Assembly (NCBI GenBank): GCA_003427395.1
Contig: BFEA01000015.1
Span: forward strand, 6,633,859-6,697,858
From: Chara braunii
Taxonomy: Eukaryota; Plantae; Charophyceae
Length of the DNA: 64,000 nucleotides
Direction: 5' to 3'
Shown: positions 1 to 12,742 of the stretch, one piece after another
Layout: each line of letters opens with the position of its first letter
Numbering within the stretch: position 1 is the first letter of the stretch
Notes under the pieces: generated by a model
Told to the model about the DNA's origin: nothing
The model's input: only the letters and a program-made list of their open reading frames with translations
Database searches by the model: none
Made by a program: the position numbers and the translations under genes

Positions 1-989
1 TGGTTGGTAACCGAGATTCGGATTCAGAATTCCGGAACAAATGGGTGTGCAGGATATCCGGTTTTGCTCCCTAGTGTATTTCGTCCATAACTAAACCTTT
101 GTCATTATCTTAGCCGTATAATATACAATTGTTCTCGTTTTATCCCGGTCCCTCATCTAGAGTTTTGATTTAAGGTAGGTTGGATGTTAATAGACTTGTT
201 TGGTTGACGAAGCTATTAAGGCTACGCATGTTAGTGTGAAGACGAAGATCCCTAATGAAGACAAATTACTAATTGAACTATATATTTATATTTTAAATGT
301 TGTAAAACATAAAATATATTGGTATTTTGCAAGGGGGAAATTTTTCACAAAATATGAAAAAATGATATTTAATTTTATGGGTAGATGTTTTTTTGATTGC
401 AATGGTTATGATTAATGAAAAAGATATCCCGCCCTTTTTTTCTGAAAGACCTCTGCGTTTGACGTACCCTCTAATGCCCCTGTTGTTCGTTTTATAAAAC
501 AAAGTTTGGGGATTCAATTGTTGAGGGCGATAAGAAAATTCCTAAGTTATTTTTTTAGAAATCCGGATGGCCCTGGACCATCCAGAATATCCGGCCTGAA
601 AAATACCCCCGGAAGAACCCGGAAATAAACATCTCGGGCCTTGCGCAAAATAGGCGTTGGGCTTCTTCTTAGGGTCTAGGGGCGCGAAGGGGTTTTGATC
701 AACCCCTAGCAGCACCTCGTTGTGGTGGATCCCGAGAGGGACCCACAAATTTCGAAAAAAAAAAGGCCCGATCTGGGTCGTCGGTCCACCAAGATCAATG
801 GCCCAGATCGGGCCAATTTTGAATTTGAAATCACGCTGTGCCGCTGGCCCGCTGCTTGCTGCCCCAGTGTTTGTTGCCCTGCTGATCGCTGCTCGCTGCC
901 CCGCGGCCCTGCTGCTCGCTGCCCCCTGCCCCGCTGCCCCGTTGTTCCGCTGCTGCAGGCATAGCCGCCGCCGCTGGAGCCATCTCCAG

Positions 990-2950
990 GTGCTCCTCCT
1001 CCTCTACTCGTCGCTGAAGGTGAGTCTCTACCTCCTCCTCTACTCGTCGCTGAAGGTGAGTCTCTACCTCCTCCTCCTCCTCCTCCCCTTCTTCTTCTTC
1101 CTCCTCCTCGACTTTCACCTCCTCCACCTCCTTCACCTCCCCCTCCTCCTCCTCTTCCTACTCGTCTTCCACCTCCTCCTCCTCCTCCTCCTCCTCCTCG
1201 TTTTCCACCTCCTCCTCCTCCTCCTCCTCCCTTTGCTCCTCCTCTTCCTCCCGCTGTTCCGCTAATGCAGGCATAATCGCCGCCCCTGGAGCCATCGCCG
1301 AGTGCTGCTCCTCCTCTACTCGTCGCTGAAGGTGGGCCTCCACCTCCTCCTCTTCCTTCTCCTCCTCTTCCTACTCGTCTTCCTACTCATATTCCACCTC
1401 CTCCTCCTCCTCCTCCTCCTCCTCCTCCTCCTCCTCCTCCTCNNNNNNNNNNNNNNNNNNNNNNNNNNNNNNNNNNNNNNNNNNNNNNNNNNNNNNNNNN
1501 NNNNNNNNNNNNNNNNNNNNNNNNNNNNNNNNNNNNNNNNNNNNNNNNNNNNNNNNNNNNNNNNNNNNNNNNNNNNNNNNNNNNNNNNNNNNNNNNNNNN
1601 NNNNNNNNNNNNNNNNNNNNNNNNNNNNNNNNNNNNNNNNNNNNNNNNNNNNNNNNNNNNNNNNNNNNNNNNNNNNNNNNNNNNNNNNNNNNNNNNNNNN
1701 NNNNNNNNNNNNNNNNNNNNNNNNNNNNNNNNNNNNNNNNNNNNNNNNNNNNNNNNNNNNNNNNNNNNNNNNNNNNNNNNNNNNNNNNNNNNNNNNNNNN
1801 NNNNNNNNNNNNNNNNNNNNNNNNNNNNNNNNNNNNNNNNNNNNNNNNNNNNNNNNNNNNNNNNNNNNNNNNNNNNNNNNNNNNNNNNNNNNNNNNNNNN
1901 NNNNNNNNNNNNNNNNNNNNNNNNNNNNNNNNNNNNNNNNNNNNNNNNNNNNNNNNNNNNNNNNNNNNNNNNNNNNNNNNNNNNNNNNNNNNNNNNNNNN
2001 NNNNNNNNNNNNNNNNNNNNNNNNNNNNNNNNNNNNNNNNNNNNNNNNNNNNNNNNNNNNNNNNNNNNNNNNNNNNNNNNNNNNNNNNNNNNNNNNNNNN
2101 NNNNNNNNNNNNNNNNNNNNNNNNNNNNNNNNNNNNNNNNNNNNNNNNNNNNNNNNNNNNNNNNNNNNNNNNNNNNNNNNNNNNNNNNNNNNNNNNNNNN
2201 NNNNNNNNNNNNNNNNNNNNNNNNNNNNNNNNNNNNNNNNNNNNNNNNNNNNNNNNNNNNNNNNNNNNNNNNNNNNNNNNNNNNNNNNNNNNNNNNNNNN
2301 NNNNNNNNNNNNNNNNNNNNNNNNNNNNNNNNNNNNNNNNNNNNNNNNNNNNNNNNNNNNNNNNCTTCGAAGCGTCCTGACGATGGTTGGAGGCTCGGAA
2401 TTCTTGAAAAATGTTGTCGAGTGAAACGAAAGATTGGAGTACTAGGAGGAGGAAAGGGCCGACGAGGAGAAGGAGGAGGAAGGATGACGAGGAGGAGGAG
2501 GAGGAGGCAGAGAAGGAAGAGGAGGAGGAGGAGGAAGGATGGCGAGGTAGAGGAGGAGGAGGAAGAGGAAGAGGAGGACGAAGAGAAAGGATGATGATGA
2601 GGAGGAGGAGGAGGAGGAGGAAGAAGAAGAAGAAGAATGAGAAAAGAACGAGGAGGAGGAGGAAGGAGAGGAAGAGGAGGAGGAGGAGAAGGAAGAAGAC
2701 GAAATAGAAGACGAGGAGGAGGAGGAAGACAAAGAGGAGGAAGGGGAGGAGGATGAAGAAGAAGATGCAAGATAGGAGGAGGAGGAGGAGGAGGAGGACG
2801 AGGAGGAGGACGAGGACGACCAAGAAGAGGAGGAGGAGGAGGAGGAGGAGGAGGAGGAGACGGAGGAGGAGGAGGACGACCAAGAAGAGGAGGAGGAGGA
2901 GGAGGATCCAAAATTGGTGGAGCACGAGGAGAGGAGTAGGGAGGAGGCGG
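990..2950. repeat. (CCT)n / (GGA)n low-complexity tracts either side of an assembly gap (N 1443-2364)
   Basis: Runs of cctcctcct at 990-1442 and ggaggagga at 2440-2950. The long ORFs here are low-complexity artefacts. Confidence 0.9.
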
Positions 2951-5863
2951 AGTTCGAACCAACTCCGATACCAAATTGCAAGGAAAATTAGCAGAAGCGA
3001 GATGCCAATAACCAGAATACACAATCACATTGAAAGCAAGAAAGTATTACAGTTTTCAGAAAGCAGCATTGCACCAATATGACACCAATGGAGAATCGTA
3101 ACACTGAAAATCAATGTCAATGAGAGGTTGCTCTCACCACCACCAACACAAGAGTCCAGAACCTTCTTCTTACTTGGCGCAGGCACCTAGCCTACTTCCT
3201 ACACAACTACAATCTGCCTACTAATTGACAATGCAATTGTTGACGTCAGCAGTCCACGAAGTACTTGAAGATGTCGCCCGATGCAGACTATCGCCAATAC
3301 CAGGTTTATGCCCTCACATCATCATCATCATCATCATTCTTCTCTCTCTCCCTCTTCTTACACCCACGTCTTCCTTTTGTACACCCGAAACCACCCCTGC
3401 GCCTCACCGTAGTTCAAACCCATCCAACTATGGAGGCTGGGCTATGGCGCGGTGTCGAGCGCATCGGTCCGGCACCGCACATGGCAGCGCGGGACCCTCT
3501 CGGCCGCGTCACGCAGGAGTTGGACCAACCTCGTCGCGAACACACAAATGAAGCTTCCTTAGGCCGCTCCGGCCGAGTGCGCCAGCCATACCTCTCGCAA
3601 GCCCCTACGACAGGATAGGGCCTACGCGAGGCACAACTTACCTCCACCTTACGGGAGCTGTCACCTCCCTTCGGTGGGCATATCCCCGCCGAGCTACCAG
3701 TCCACAGTACGAAAGCTACTCGGTTGCAATCGCAGAGGTGGACCAGCCGAGGGCTTTTCTCGTTCGCTGTAGCATAGGGGGTACGCGCGGTAATACGCCT
3801 ATCAGACCCGCACGCGGGCCGACATCTTGGGGGGCTGAATTCCCAAGTGTGGCTCGACGTCGGTCGACTAGGACGCATCCCACACACCACGCGCACACCA
3901 CTCTACGAACACAAAAACAAAACACACGCACACGCACACATTGCACAACACAAACAATGCGACAACGCTCCTAGTACCTCGATAGCCAACCCATAACTTT
4001 CCAATGCGGAAATCGGATAGGCGTCGCGCGCGAGACTTAGTATAAAACCGAGCGGACGCAGGGCTAACTCATATCGACTCGCAATGCAAACGTACGCAAG
4101 CAGTCACAATGATAACGTACTATGTCGTGCCCATAATCGTGCAGCCCTCGTTAATTTCGAGCGTCGCATTCGACACTCAAGTGTCGGCTGACACACGCCT
4201 TGAGGGTTAATCTCTCGACGCTGGACAACCGTCGTGCACGGTTGGAGACCACACCCTCTTCTACACCCTGTGCAGAGGGGTTGAGTAGACAACTTTAAGT
4301 TGTCGTGGCGGTCGAACATCAAGGGGTTTGACTTTGACGGCTGCCACGGACTATAACGTCCAACCATGAAAACACAAAAAGGAGACTCACTCCAACCCCC
4401 ATTAGCTGATGGCTCTCTAAAATGGAAAGGGGGTGGATAAGCCTAAACGACGCGCGCGCGGAGGAGGTCCGGTATCCTATCCATAGGCTACCCGGCGTCC
4501 GGGATAATGAGGCCCGAACACGGACCCCCAAAGGCTGACCGGAGCTAGTCCTCCGCCCACGTGCCACTTCACGTTACCAAGACCCCAAGTTTGCTGGCCG
4601 TGTCGCGCTCGTGATCTCGCCACCTGGCCCATAACTCATTTAGTGCGGGATTCGACGAGTGCCGCGCGCGAACTTAGTATAAGATTGCGAGGGCGCTGGA
4701 CTTACACATACTATGTTGCTATGCAGTTCTATGTGAGTAACCGCAATGATGGCGCGTTGTGTAGTGCCCACACCCAAATGACCTACTTTGAGCCAAGGGG
4801 TTCCCTTTCGATGCCCAGGCGTTGGCTGAAGCGCGAGCCAATGGGGGTAACCCTTTAGCTCGTGCAAAACCGGCCTGAGGGCCTTTCCGTCTTCTGCACC
4901 CTGAGGTGTCCCAACGGGTGCGGGGCAAGAGGGCCCCTAGGGCAGGAGGGAGTTTGGAGCGGTGGTGAGTTGTCTGGCGCATCACCAACAACACGCTCAC
5001 CCTTCCGCTCGGAACTTTATCGTTCCACCAAGATAAATCGCAACAAGGAAAAGAAACAAGAACTGGCGAGGGATATCCCCCCCTTTCTATTCACCCCAAC
5101 CTTCGACTGACCCTTAGTACGTGGGCACTTCAGGCCATGCTGGCTCCACACGTAGGTACACATGCACTGGCACGTATATATATATGCACAAGGGAAATAA
5201 TTATGTGACGATCACTTCTCACAGTCATAGTGGGTCTCCTCCTAGCCATACATATATATGCGACCGCAGGGCAGCCCAACCAAAACCCCAAATCTTTGAA
5301 CATACCTGCAATCACATCAAAAGTCAGACAAGAGTCCACCCACTACGCGGTGTCAACTCCAACCAGTTCCCATACTAATACCCCTCACTTTAGCCATGCA
5401 AACCCCAACCTCCAGCCAACCAACCTCAATTAAATACTCAGTACCTTTGTTAAATGGCCATTCAATAAAAGTCCGGGTGAAACCCTTAACAAACAAAAAG
5501 ATCACCAGGGCTAAAGCCTTTTAGGTTGAGTATGGGGAGCGCGTAGGAATTGAGTCGTGAGCCGAAGAATCGGCAACCGACCTGTTATCAGTGATAACAG
5601 ATGATGATCCTTGCAGGATCAACTGAACTAGCCCAAGTCCTGAATCGAATATCCAAGAAAGGCCTATACTATAAGACAGTTCAATGTCCAAGCTAAATCA
5701 TCAGCATACGGGGGATGACCCTTCATAGCACATTCTCACCCAAGTTACCTACCAACTAAATCAAAATCTACCCCTAAGCCAGTGCCCAAGCAAAGGTAGA
5801 CTAACGACAGGATCTCCCCTACTCAGGGTGGATCGCCAGAATCGCCATCTGTCAGAATATAAT

Positions 5864-6270
5864 CTAACTCCTCTAAGTCAAGAAAATTTCGGCAGCGCTT
5901 CCCGTAGGAAAAGTGTCTTTTCAGAATTTATATCAGCCCGAATATGAGAGCAGAAATAGTCTTTGACTTTCCAAAGTCCAATTTTGTCTAACTCCCTGAA
6001 TTAGCAAAAATTTGGGCAGCACTCCGTTTAGAAAAAGAGACTTTTCAGATTTTTACTAAGCCATACATGAACTTTAGACAGGTTGAACTTTGAAAATTCA
6101 AGAATTGACTAACTCCCCGAATTTGTAGAAATTTCGGCATCGCTTCCCGTAGAGAAAGTGACTTACCAAAATTTATACAAAGCCAAGTATAACAAAAGAT
6201 CCCCAAAATTGCGAGAATCGATCTAAGTAAAAAAAACTTAGCTCAGAAAATGCAGGAATTGACCTAACTC
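5864..6270. repeat. Degenerate ~120-125-bp tandem repeat (x3) inside the LTR; second copy ~24613-25020
   Basis: The unit ctaactcc...aaatttcggcagcgcttcccgtag..aaagtg.ctt..caraattta recurs at ~5864, ~5988 and ~6108. Confidence 0.75.
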
Positions 6271-6470
6271 CTATCGCTCTAGCACAAGGCGAGCCTCTAA
6301 AGCAACTACCTGTCAATCTGACACTCAAACCAAGTAGTAGCCTCACTCAGCCTCATGCAGGCCAAACCACAAAGGTAAGTACTCTCGCCACCCCAAATCA
6401 ATCTTTGCAAACAATAGTTCGTAACTTCTCAATGCTTTATCCCCTTATACCTAGCTTACATAGGGCATAA

Positions 6471-7366
6471 AATCAATTCGTCCAATCTTATGGAACTTGC
6501 CTGACTCAGCCATTCAGTATACACGAACAGGTTGCACAACTACTTTTCTCTTCTTTTTGGACATACGACCAGGCCGTTCATCTTAGAACAGGGCTTAGTC
6601 GCCCAGAACTGTTTAATATCCAACTTATATATACCTCTATGAGCTTAGTGTTTAAAAGTTGGGCATAGGACCGAGCCGTTCATCTTAGAACAAGGCCCGG
6701 TCTGCCCACTGCAGGGTTACCTTCAATTATACTCTTAATTATACTCTCTTCATTTTATGATAAGCTATAGCCAGGCCATCCAATCCTATGGAACCCATGC
6801 CTTGCTAGCCTGTTCATACATAGGATGGTATAAAATAGAATCAAAATTTAGCCTTTTGGGTTCCACCATGTGCGAGGCTTTGGGGCAGACCGTCCAATCT
6901 TATGGAACACATCTGGTCCTTTGCCAAGTTCGTTTCTCTCTGATCCACTGTGCACGGCATGAGTCCAAGGCCGTCCAATCTTATGGACATGCTTTGGCCT
7001 CTGCGAGAATTACCCCCTCAGAATAAAACAAGAGGGGGGGCTGAGTCGACCAATCTTATGGACTTGCTCAGACCTCCTCGATCAGAAACAGAAGAAACAG
7101 AACAAACCCCAATCAAACACGACAACCAAACCTTCCAATCTTATGGTACAGGTTCGGCCCCTGAAAAGTCAGCCACAGTCAAACCCTCACAATTCGAAGC
7201 AATCAGACCGTCCAATCTTATGGAACTGGTCTGACTCTCCATGCAAACTCAGAAATAAACATAGCAGTCAGGCCGTCCAATCTTATGCAACTGGATTAAC
7301 TCTCCATGCAAACTCAGAAATAAACACGGCGGTCAGGCCGTCCAATCTTATGGAACTGGTCTGACC
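6471..7366 (+). repeat. Array of 11 stem-loop motifs, core (GG)CCGTCCA-ATCTTA-TGGAAC, in the 3' LTR
   Basis: Cores at ~6479, 6572, 6675, 6774, 6890, 6969, 7045, 7131, 7208, 7271 and 7336, each with self-complementary flanks. Confidence 0.85.
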
Positions 7367-10300
7367 CCATAGGACCCTGTCAACCTCAAGCAAAACCACC
7401 ATTTACCCACCCTTCCCACAGATGCACCCCCTTGTGTTCACAATCTGCCTTCAAGCAATCAACAAACTGAGACTGCGATTGCACACACATTTCTTTATTT
7501 AGTCTGTCTTGTGTCCTGCCAGTCAATCCAAAGTCAAGGTAGGGGTGCATACAGTATACTCAGTCAAACATAGGGGGATGTACAAATAAGGGCTATACAA
7601 GGGTGTATAGAGGGAAGGGAATGGTTACCTCTCAGTTCCCTACCTCCAGAGCCTCGCCTAGGCTCCGGCAGAGCTCCCGCAATCGGTGGGGCAACCTCCC
7701 ACAAAGGCCTCGGCGTGGATTACGGGTTGCAATCCCGCCTGCCGCCTTCCTCTCAGAACTAATGGACTAGACTTAGAATGAGGAAGGCAGAAATAGAGAG
7801 TTGAGTCTCTCAGATACAAGAAGATGCTGTCAGACTCGCAGGAGAGGGCCTTGGTACCTTCATACGCCTGAGGGCCCTGCAATGGAAGCCAAAGTATATA
7901 GCAACTTGGTCAACGAAAGTCCAACCTCCTACCGTTGACCCTCCGGTGACCTTCCAATCAAGAATAATATCCTCTCTTCCGAACGAAACCGGACTCGCCG
8001 TAGAGACCACGACTCGAAATATGAGGACTATGGGTGAGCCCTCTGGCTTGAGGCTCCTCATCAGCCACTTCACTTAATAGGAAGGACTCTGAGGCGGCCA
8101 ACCGCCTAGTACCGCCTCTCGGCTGACCTGTCGTGGCTTCGTTCAACAATAGCCGCCTTGCTGGCCAAAAAGGAGAGTCTGCAGTTCTCACCGTCTGCCC
8201 CTTGTCACTCCGTTCTGCAGTCAATCAGCATACCAGCCAGCAGGCAAGGCTGCAGCCCTGCCACTGTCTCTTTACTTCTCCCCTCACTGAGGTAGGCAAC
8301 TGGTCAGCCAAATGGGCAGATCTTCCCTTGTTGCCCGACCAACGAGGTGAGCAGCTTACTGGGCAACAGATAGGTACTCGACCCGCCCTTCTCCTTGCCG
8401 CCGCTTCCCCTGCAGCTAGCTTACTCAATGGATCATCAGTCCGCTGGTCAGTAGGTAACTCCCGTGGCCGACGTTCTCCCTTGGGCGCAAGTTTGTTCTC
8501 TCACAATGCTCAAACCGTTCTCTTGAAGTCGGATCCGCCACCGCTAGTCAGTCCCCCATACCAGAGAGACCCGCACTAATCTCTTTTCCTACTGAATTTC
8601 ATTTAGAGTCGAGCGCGGAGCCTATTTCTAGCCCCCGCCCTGCCCTTCTCTCCGCCTACGCCACTGTTGTCCTCTCCTGCATGCACCTGGCGCCCGCCCT
8701 CGTCTAAGTTCACCCTCCTTTTTCTCCCCTCCTAACTTCTATCCCACCACCCCTTCGTTAACGCTAACTTCAATGTCGAATTCGCCCGACATCCAACCTC
8801 CAATCAAACCCCTCCACTTACTCGATTTCGTTACGAATCGAGTGGGGAATTCGCTTTCCTTCCTTCCACCATAGCTTTACGCAGCAGCTTTTTCAACTAA
8901 CCCTTTTCCTACTAATCTTTTACTAAATCTAACTACAGATTCGGGATCGCCTTTCCCGAAAACCCTTGTTTTGAGCCTCCACCTGAGTGATTCCGCCCAG
9001 GATTGCACGCGCTACTCTCTCCCCGCTGCGCCAAGCTCGCTGCCCCGCCATCTTCGTTTTCTTATCATGCATGCACCCAGCGCACTTTCGCGCCCGGGTT
9101 CATTCCCCACCTGGTGTTGTGTCCGGCCCTCCGACTTCCTTCTTTGCAGCTACCCGTCGCCCCTCGATACTGCGCTGCGTAGCGCTGCTAGCCCCTCGTT
9201 GCACCCGTCACCCCTCTCCTCACGATCTCTTCTTCCCGCATGTACTCGGCGCCCACCGTCGTCCGGGTTCATCCGCTGCTGTACCCCTGCGCTATCCCCT
9301 CCCGCTGTGTCGTGCTGCCTCCTACTTCTCTCTCCGCTTCCATCCCCGTTTCTTCCTTTCTTCGAACGAATTCGGCGGAAAAGTGCGTCTGGATTCCCTC
9401 CTCTTTGCGCCTGCCTACCCAGCCCTGTTGTCATCACCCCGACCTCCCTGCTCCCCGGTAGTAGTTAGCGCGGCCACGTCCTTCCCGACTGCCCCGATTG
9501 TCGAAACTTTTCGACGGACAAAACTCCCGGTCGCCCTGACCGATCCTCCACTTTAACCACTCTCCTGCTCCTTACGACCCCCGCTAGTCCGTTGCCCTGC
9601 CGGCCGCCCAAAGCCGCGCTACACAGGCTGGCCAACTCCGCCACCCTCATCTGAACCCGGCGGGACCCTCGACTAGGTCCCCTCCCCCTCTTGTGTGCTA
9701 CCTTCACGCTGGGGTGGGGCCGCAGAAACCTCCTCTGCGCAGTTCCAATTGTAACGGGTACCCCGAAGGACCTAATCGCGGTGGTACCCCACCCACGGTT
9801 CTTCGAAACTTGAACTCTCGGTCGAGGCACCGCGTCCCAAGTCAAATGGGACCACGCACAATAACGAAAATAATAAAACAATATAAAAAAAGAAAATGGT
9901 AACAAGGGCGAAATAAGATAATCATAGCCCAAAAAATCCCGAGCAAGATGCGGAGGCCACAACGCCCTACCGGCCCCGTGGACCCGGTCCACTGCCGCGT
10001 CCATCAGCAAAAGCCGAAGGGGGACAGCCCCGTCGGGCCCTCAACCCCCTCAACTTTTCCATACGCTCCGCTACCGCCGCGCCAACGCCGCTGGCCTCGA
10101 TCTCTACACTTCCACCGCAATAGCCCAATACCGTAAGCAATAGGGCTAAGCCCAAGCCTGGTGCAATGGAGCGCGAACTCCAATATGAGGTGGTGCCGCG
10201 CCGCGCTTAGGCCTGGGAATAACAGCTTGGGCCTTCCTGTCCAACCACGGCCGGCACGCCATCACCAGGCACCGGCACCAGCCTACTTGAGCCGTGCCGT

Positions 10301-12742
10301 GGCTATCCCACGGGCCACCCCGCGCGCCAGTCCTACCGTCGACCGTGCATGCCGACCCAAAAGCGGACTTTTATCCCTTAGTCAAAACCGTAGTACGGTC
10401 CAGGTTGGTCGACTAGGCCGACCGTTCACTCAATCAAAGAAATCACACGCGCGCCTTAATTTGCGCCCCCACATACCCCCTAACTTAGCCAGGGCGGGTC
10501 TCGGACGCGGTCGTGCCTCGCATGGCTTATTTCAACCAAACTCATTGTTCCCTGTCATCTGCAAAAACCCAGGGTGGATACCCTTGTAAGGGTATTCGCG
10601 CCGACAGCCTACCGGACTATATTAAGCGACATCCCCGTCGCTACACCAAATCAAAAGCTATAAATTTATCCACACTCCAAATGCTGACGAGAAAGGAATC
10701 CAATCCGATTAGCCGACAGACTCAGGGTTGAGGCCTCCAACACTCCATGCCGACATAATTATATGCTGCTAGGGTTTCAACTTGGGTTTCCAGTGTCCTG
10801 ACGCTAGGACGCAGGTGTATTACGCATCAATACTACAGCATACGTTCCAAAGGCCACCTCAAACCATCCTTTTTTCTTTGTCCTAGACAAACGTCGACTT
10901 TTTGTTGGGTGTCCCGGTTAGACTCTCTCTCGTACGCAGAGTCATAAGGGGACGCGGGCTTTAGACGAGACCTCAGAAGGCACTCTCGCTTCCCTCACAA
11001 AAACCCTCACAATCAAACATATATATATACATAAATCTCCTTTCGACTCTTTCTGCAGTCTAGCACAGAAACGCTAGGTCTCCATCCTGGCCCACCATAG
11101 TCCGGTTGATCGAGCCAGATCTACGGCCTACCACATTGTTATCTTAGCGGCAGTCCCTTCGTTGGTTATGCAACAATAGGTTTTCTCCTGATAGGCATTC
11201 AATCAGAGCGCCCAAACGACTCGACTCGTATCCCCCGCCATTCCACCAGAGTAATTTCCTTGGGGCGTGCATAAGCTCTTAAACTCGTACTCTGCTGGTA
11301 GACGTGGGCCCGCAGCCAGGTTGTGCTGGCTTGCAGCCATCCAATAGGGGTTGCACCCTAGAGGTGCTAACTTTTACCGTTTAGCTTGGTATTCCCTAAT
11401 ATGCCTTAGGATTAGCACAGGTGTCTAGGCGGTGCGTCGCAAAACAAACTCACAGGGCCACTGCGGGACGACGCAGGGATCTGCCCTACTTTTAAGGGTA
11501 TTTACCAGCCCCCTATGGGACAATATAGAGGGCACGGCCCCTTCTCACAATCACAAACAATCTCACCGCTAGGCTCACAAGAGGCCGTGGCCTACTGACT
11601 TGATCAGAGACAGCAGACCACACATCCCACGACATCTTTATGCACTAACTTGCGACCTTCTCGGTTCCACCAATGATTCCAACTCGTGATCCTGGTTCCT
11701 CTCGTCAGACTTTATCATTCAAACATTGTTTACCATGTCCTTAAATCTATCAGCCATTTTTTACACGAAGGGGGTCTCTATCAACAGGTCTCCCAACCAC
11801 CCCTCTCTTTACAGGATGGACTATCACGCGACCTGGGTTACACTGCTGTCAATAAACAACATCCCCACCTTCCATAATCCGAGGGGGTCTCAATTATAGA
11901 ACAACTCAACTGAGGGGCCTTCTTATGGGCCGTCTCCCCAACTTAAACGCAAAACAACTCAAACTAAGGGGCCAACTTATGGGTCCCCTTCACAGCTCAG
12001 CCATAAACATTCGGCATGGTAAGCATCTGTGCCTTATAGGCTCGCAAGACCCCTTAGGGTCCTCATACATCTGTCACAAAAACGACCGCGTTGCCTCCTC
12101 TTATACCCGGCCGTTCCGCCCACCCATGGGCAGGCCGCACGAGTATACCGAAGAGTAGACGGCAATTACAATCACACAATACACATACATGAGATGTATC
12201 CCACACATCTCTCACACAAAGCCCTCATTCATTGGGATAAAGCCACACGTGTGAGAGTGATCGTGATCGTCACAATAATAAGTCCCACAGAGTCTGGAAT
12301 CAAAGATATACTCGGGAGCAAAATATTTCCCTCAAGTCTCAATACGACACTCAACTCAAACCCTCAACACACAACTCGTAGGGTGTATTTGGGAACAAAA
12401 TGCCTGCCCCGAAAACACTAAAATGCTCACTCCACTGTCTCACTCCGCAAGATAAACTCACGTCCCAAGTGTCATGGACTCTCAGAACCTACTCAAAGAT
12501 ACAAATAAGAGTATCTGAATCACACAACTGAAAATGCAAGTCACGTATGTCGTAGATATCATACAACTAAGTCTCATCCCCTAGACCGTATCACACATAA
12601 AGCTCAAGCCGATCACACACCGCCACCTATGTTTATATAACTAGACGGGACTCGCCTGACTAACTCAGAGTATGTACACTCCTATCACGGTCTCTGCGTA
12701 CAGAGGAGCTCTAATCCTACTGTCATATAGACGGACCAGTCC

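Larger units (their letters stand above)
3453..10606 (-). repeat. 3' LTR (7154 bp)
   Basis: Starts tgtcgagcgcatcgg at 3453 and ends ttcgcgccgaca at 10606. Collinear with 22008-29283, roughly 5% divergent by eye, mostly transitions. Confidence 0.95.

Noticed and set aside
720-3082. Long ORFs (430-570 aa) over CCT/GGA tracts and the N gap
   Set aside because: Low-complexity and gap artefacts.
6471-7366. CRISPR array (repeat-spacer appearance)
   Set aside because: Eukaryotic LTR context with no cas genes. Spacers are ~45-100 bp and variable, the last two are duplicates of each other, and pairing extends into the spacers.
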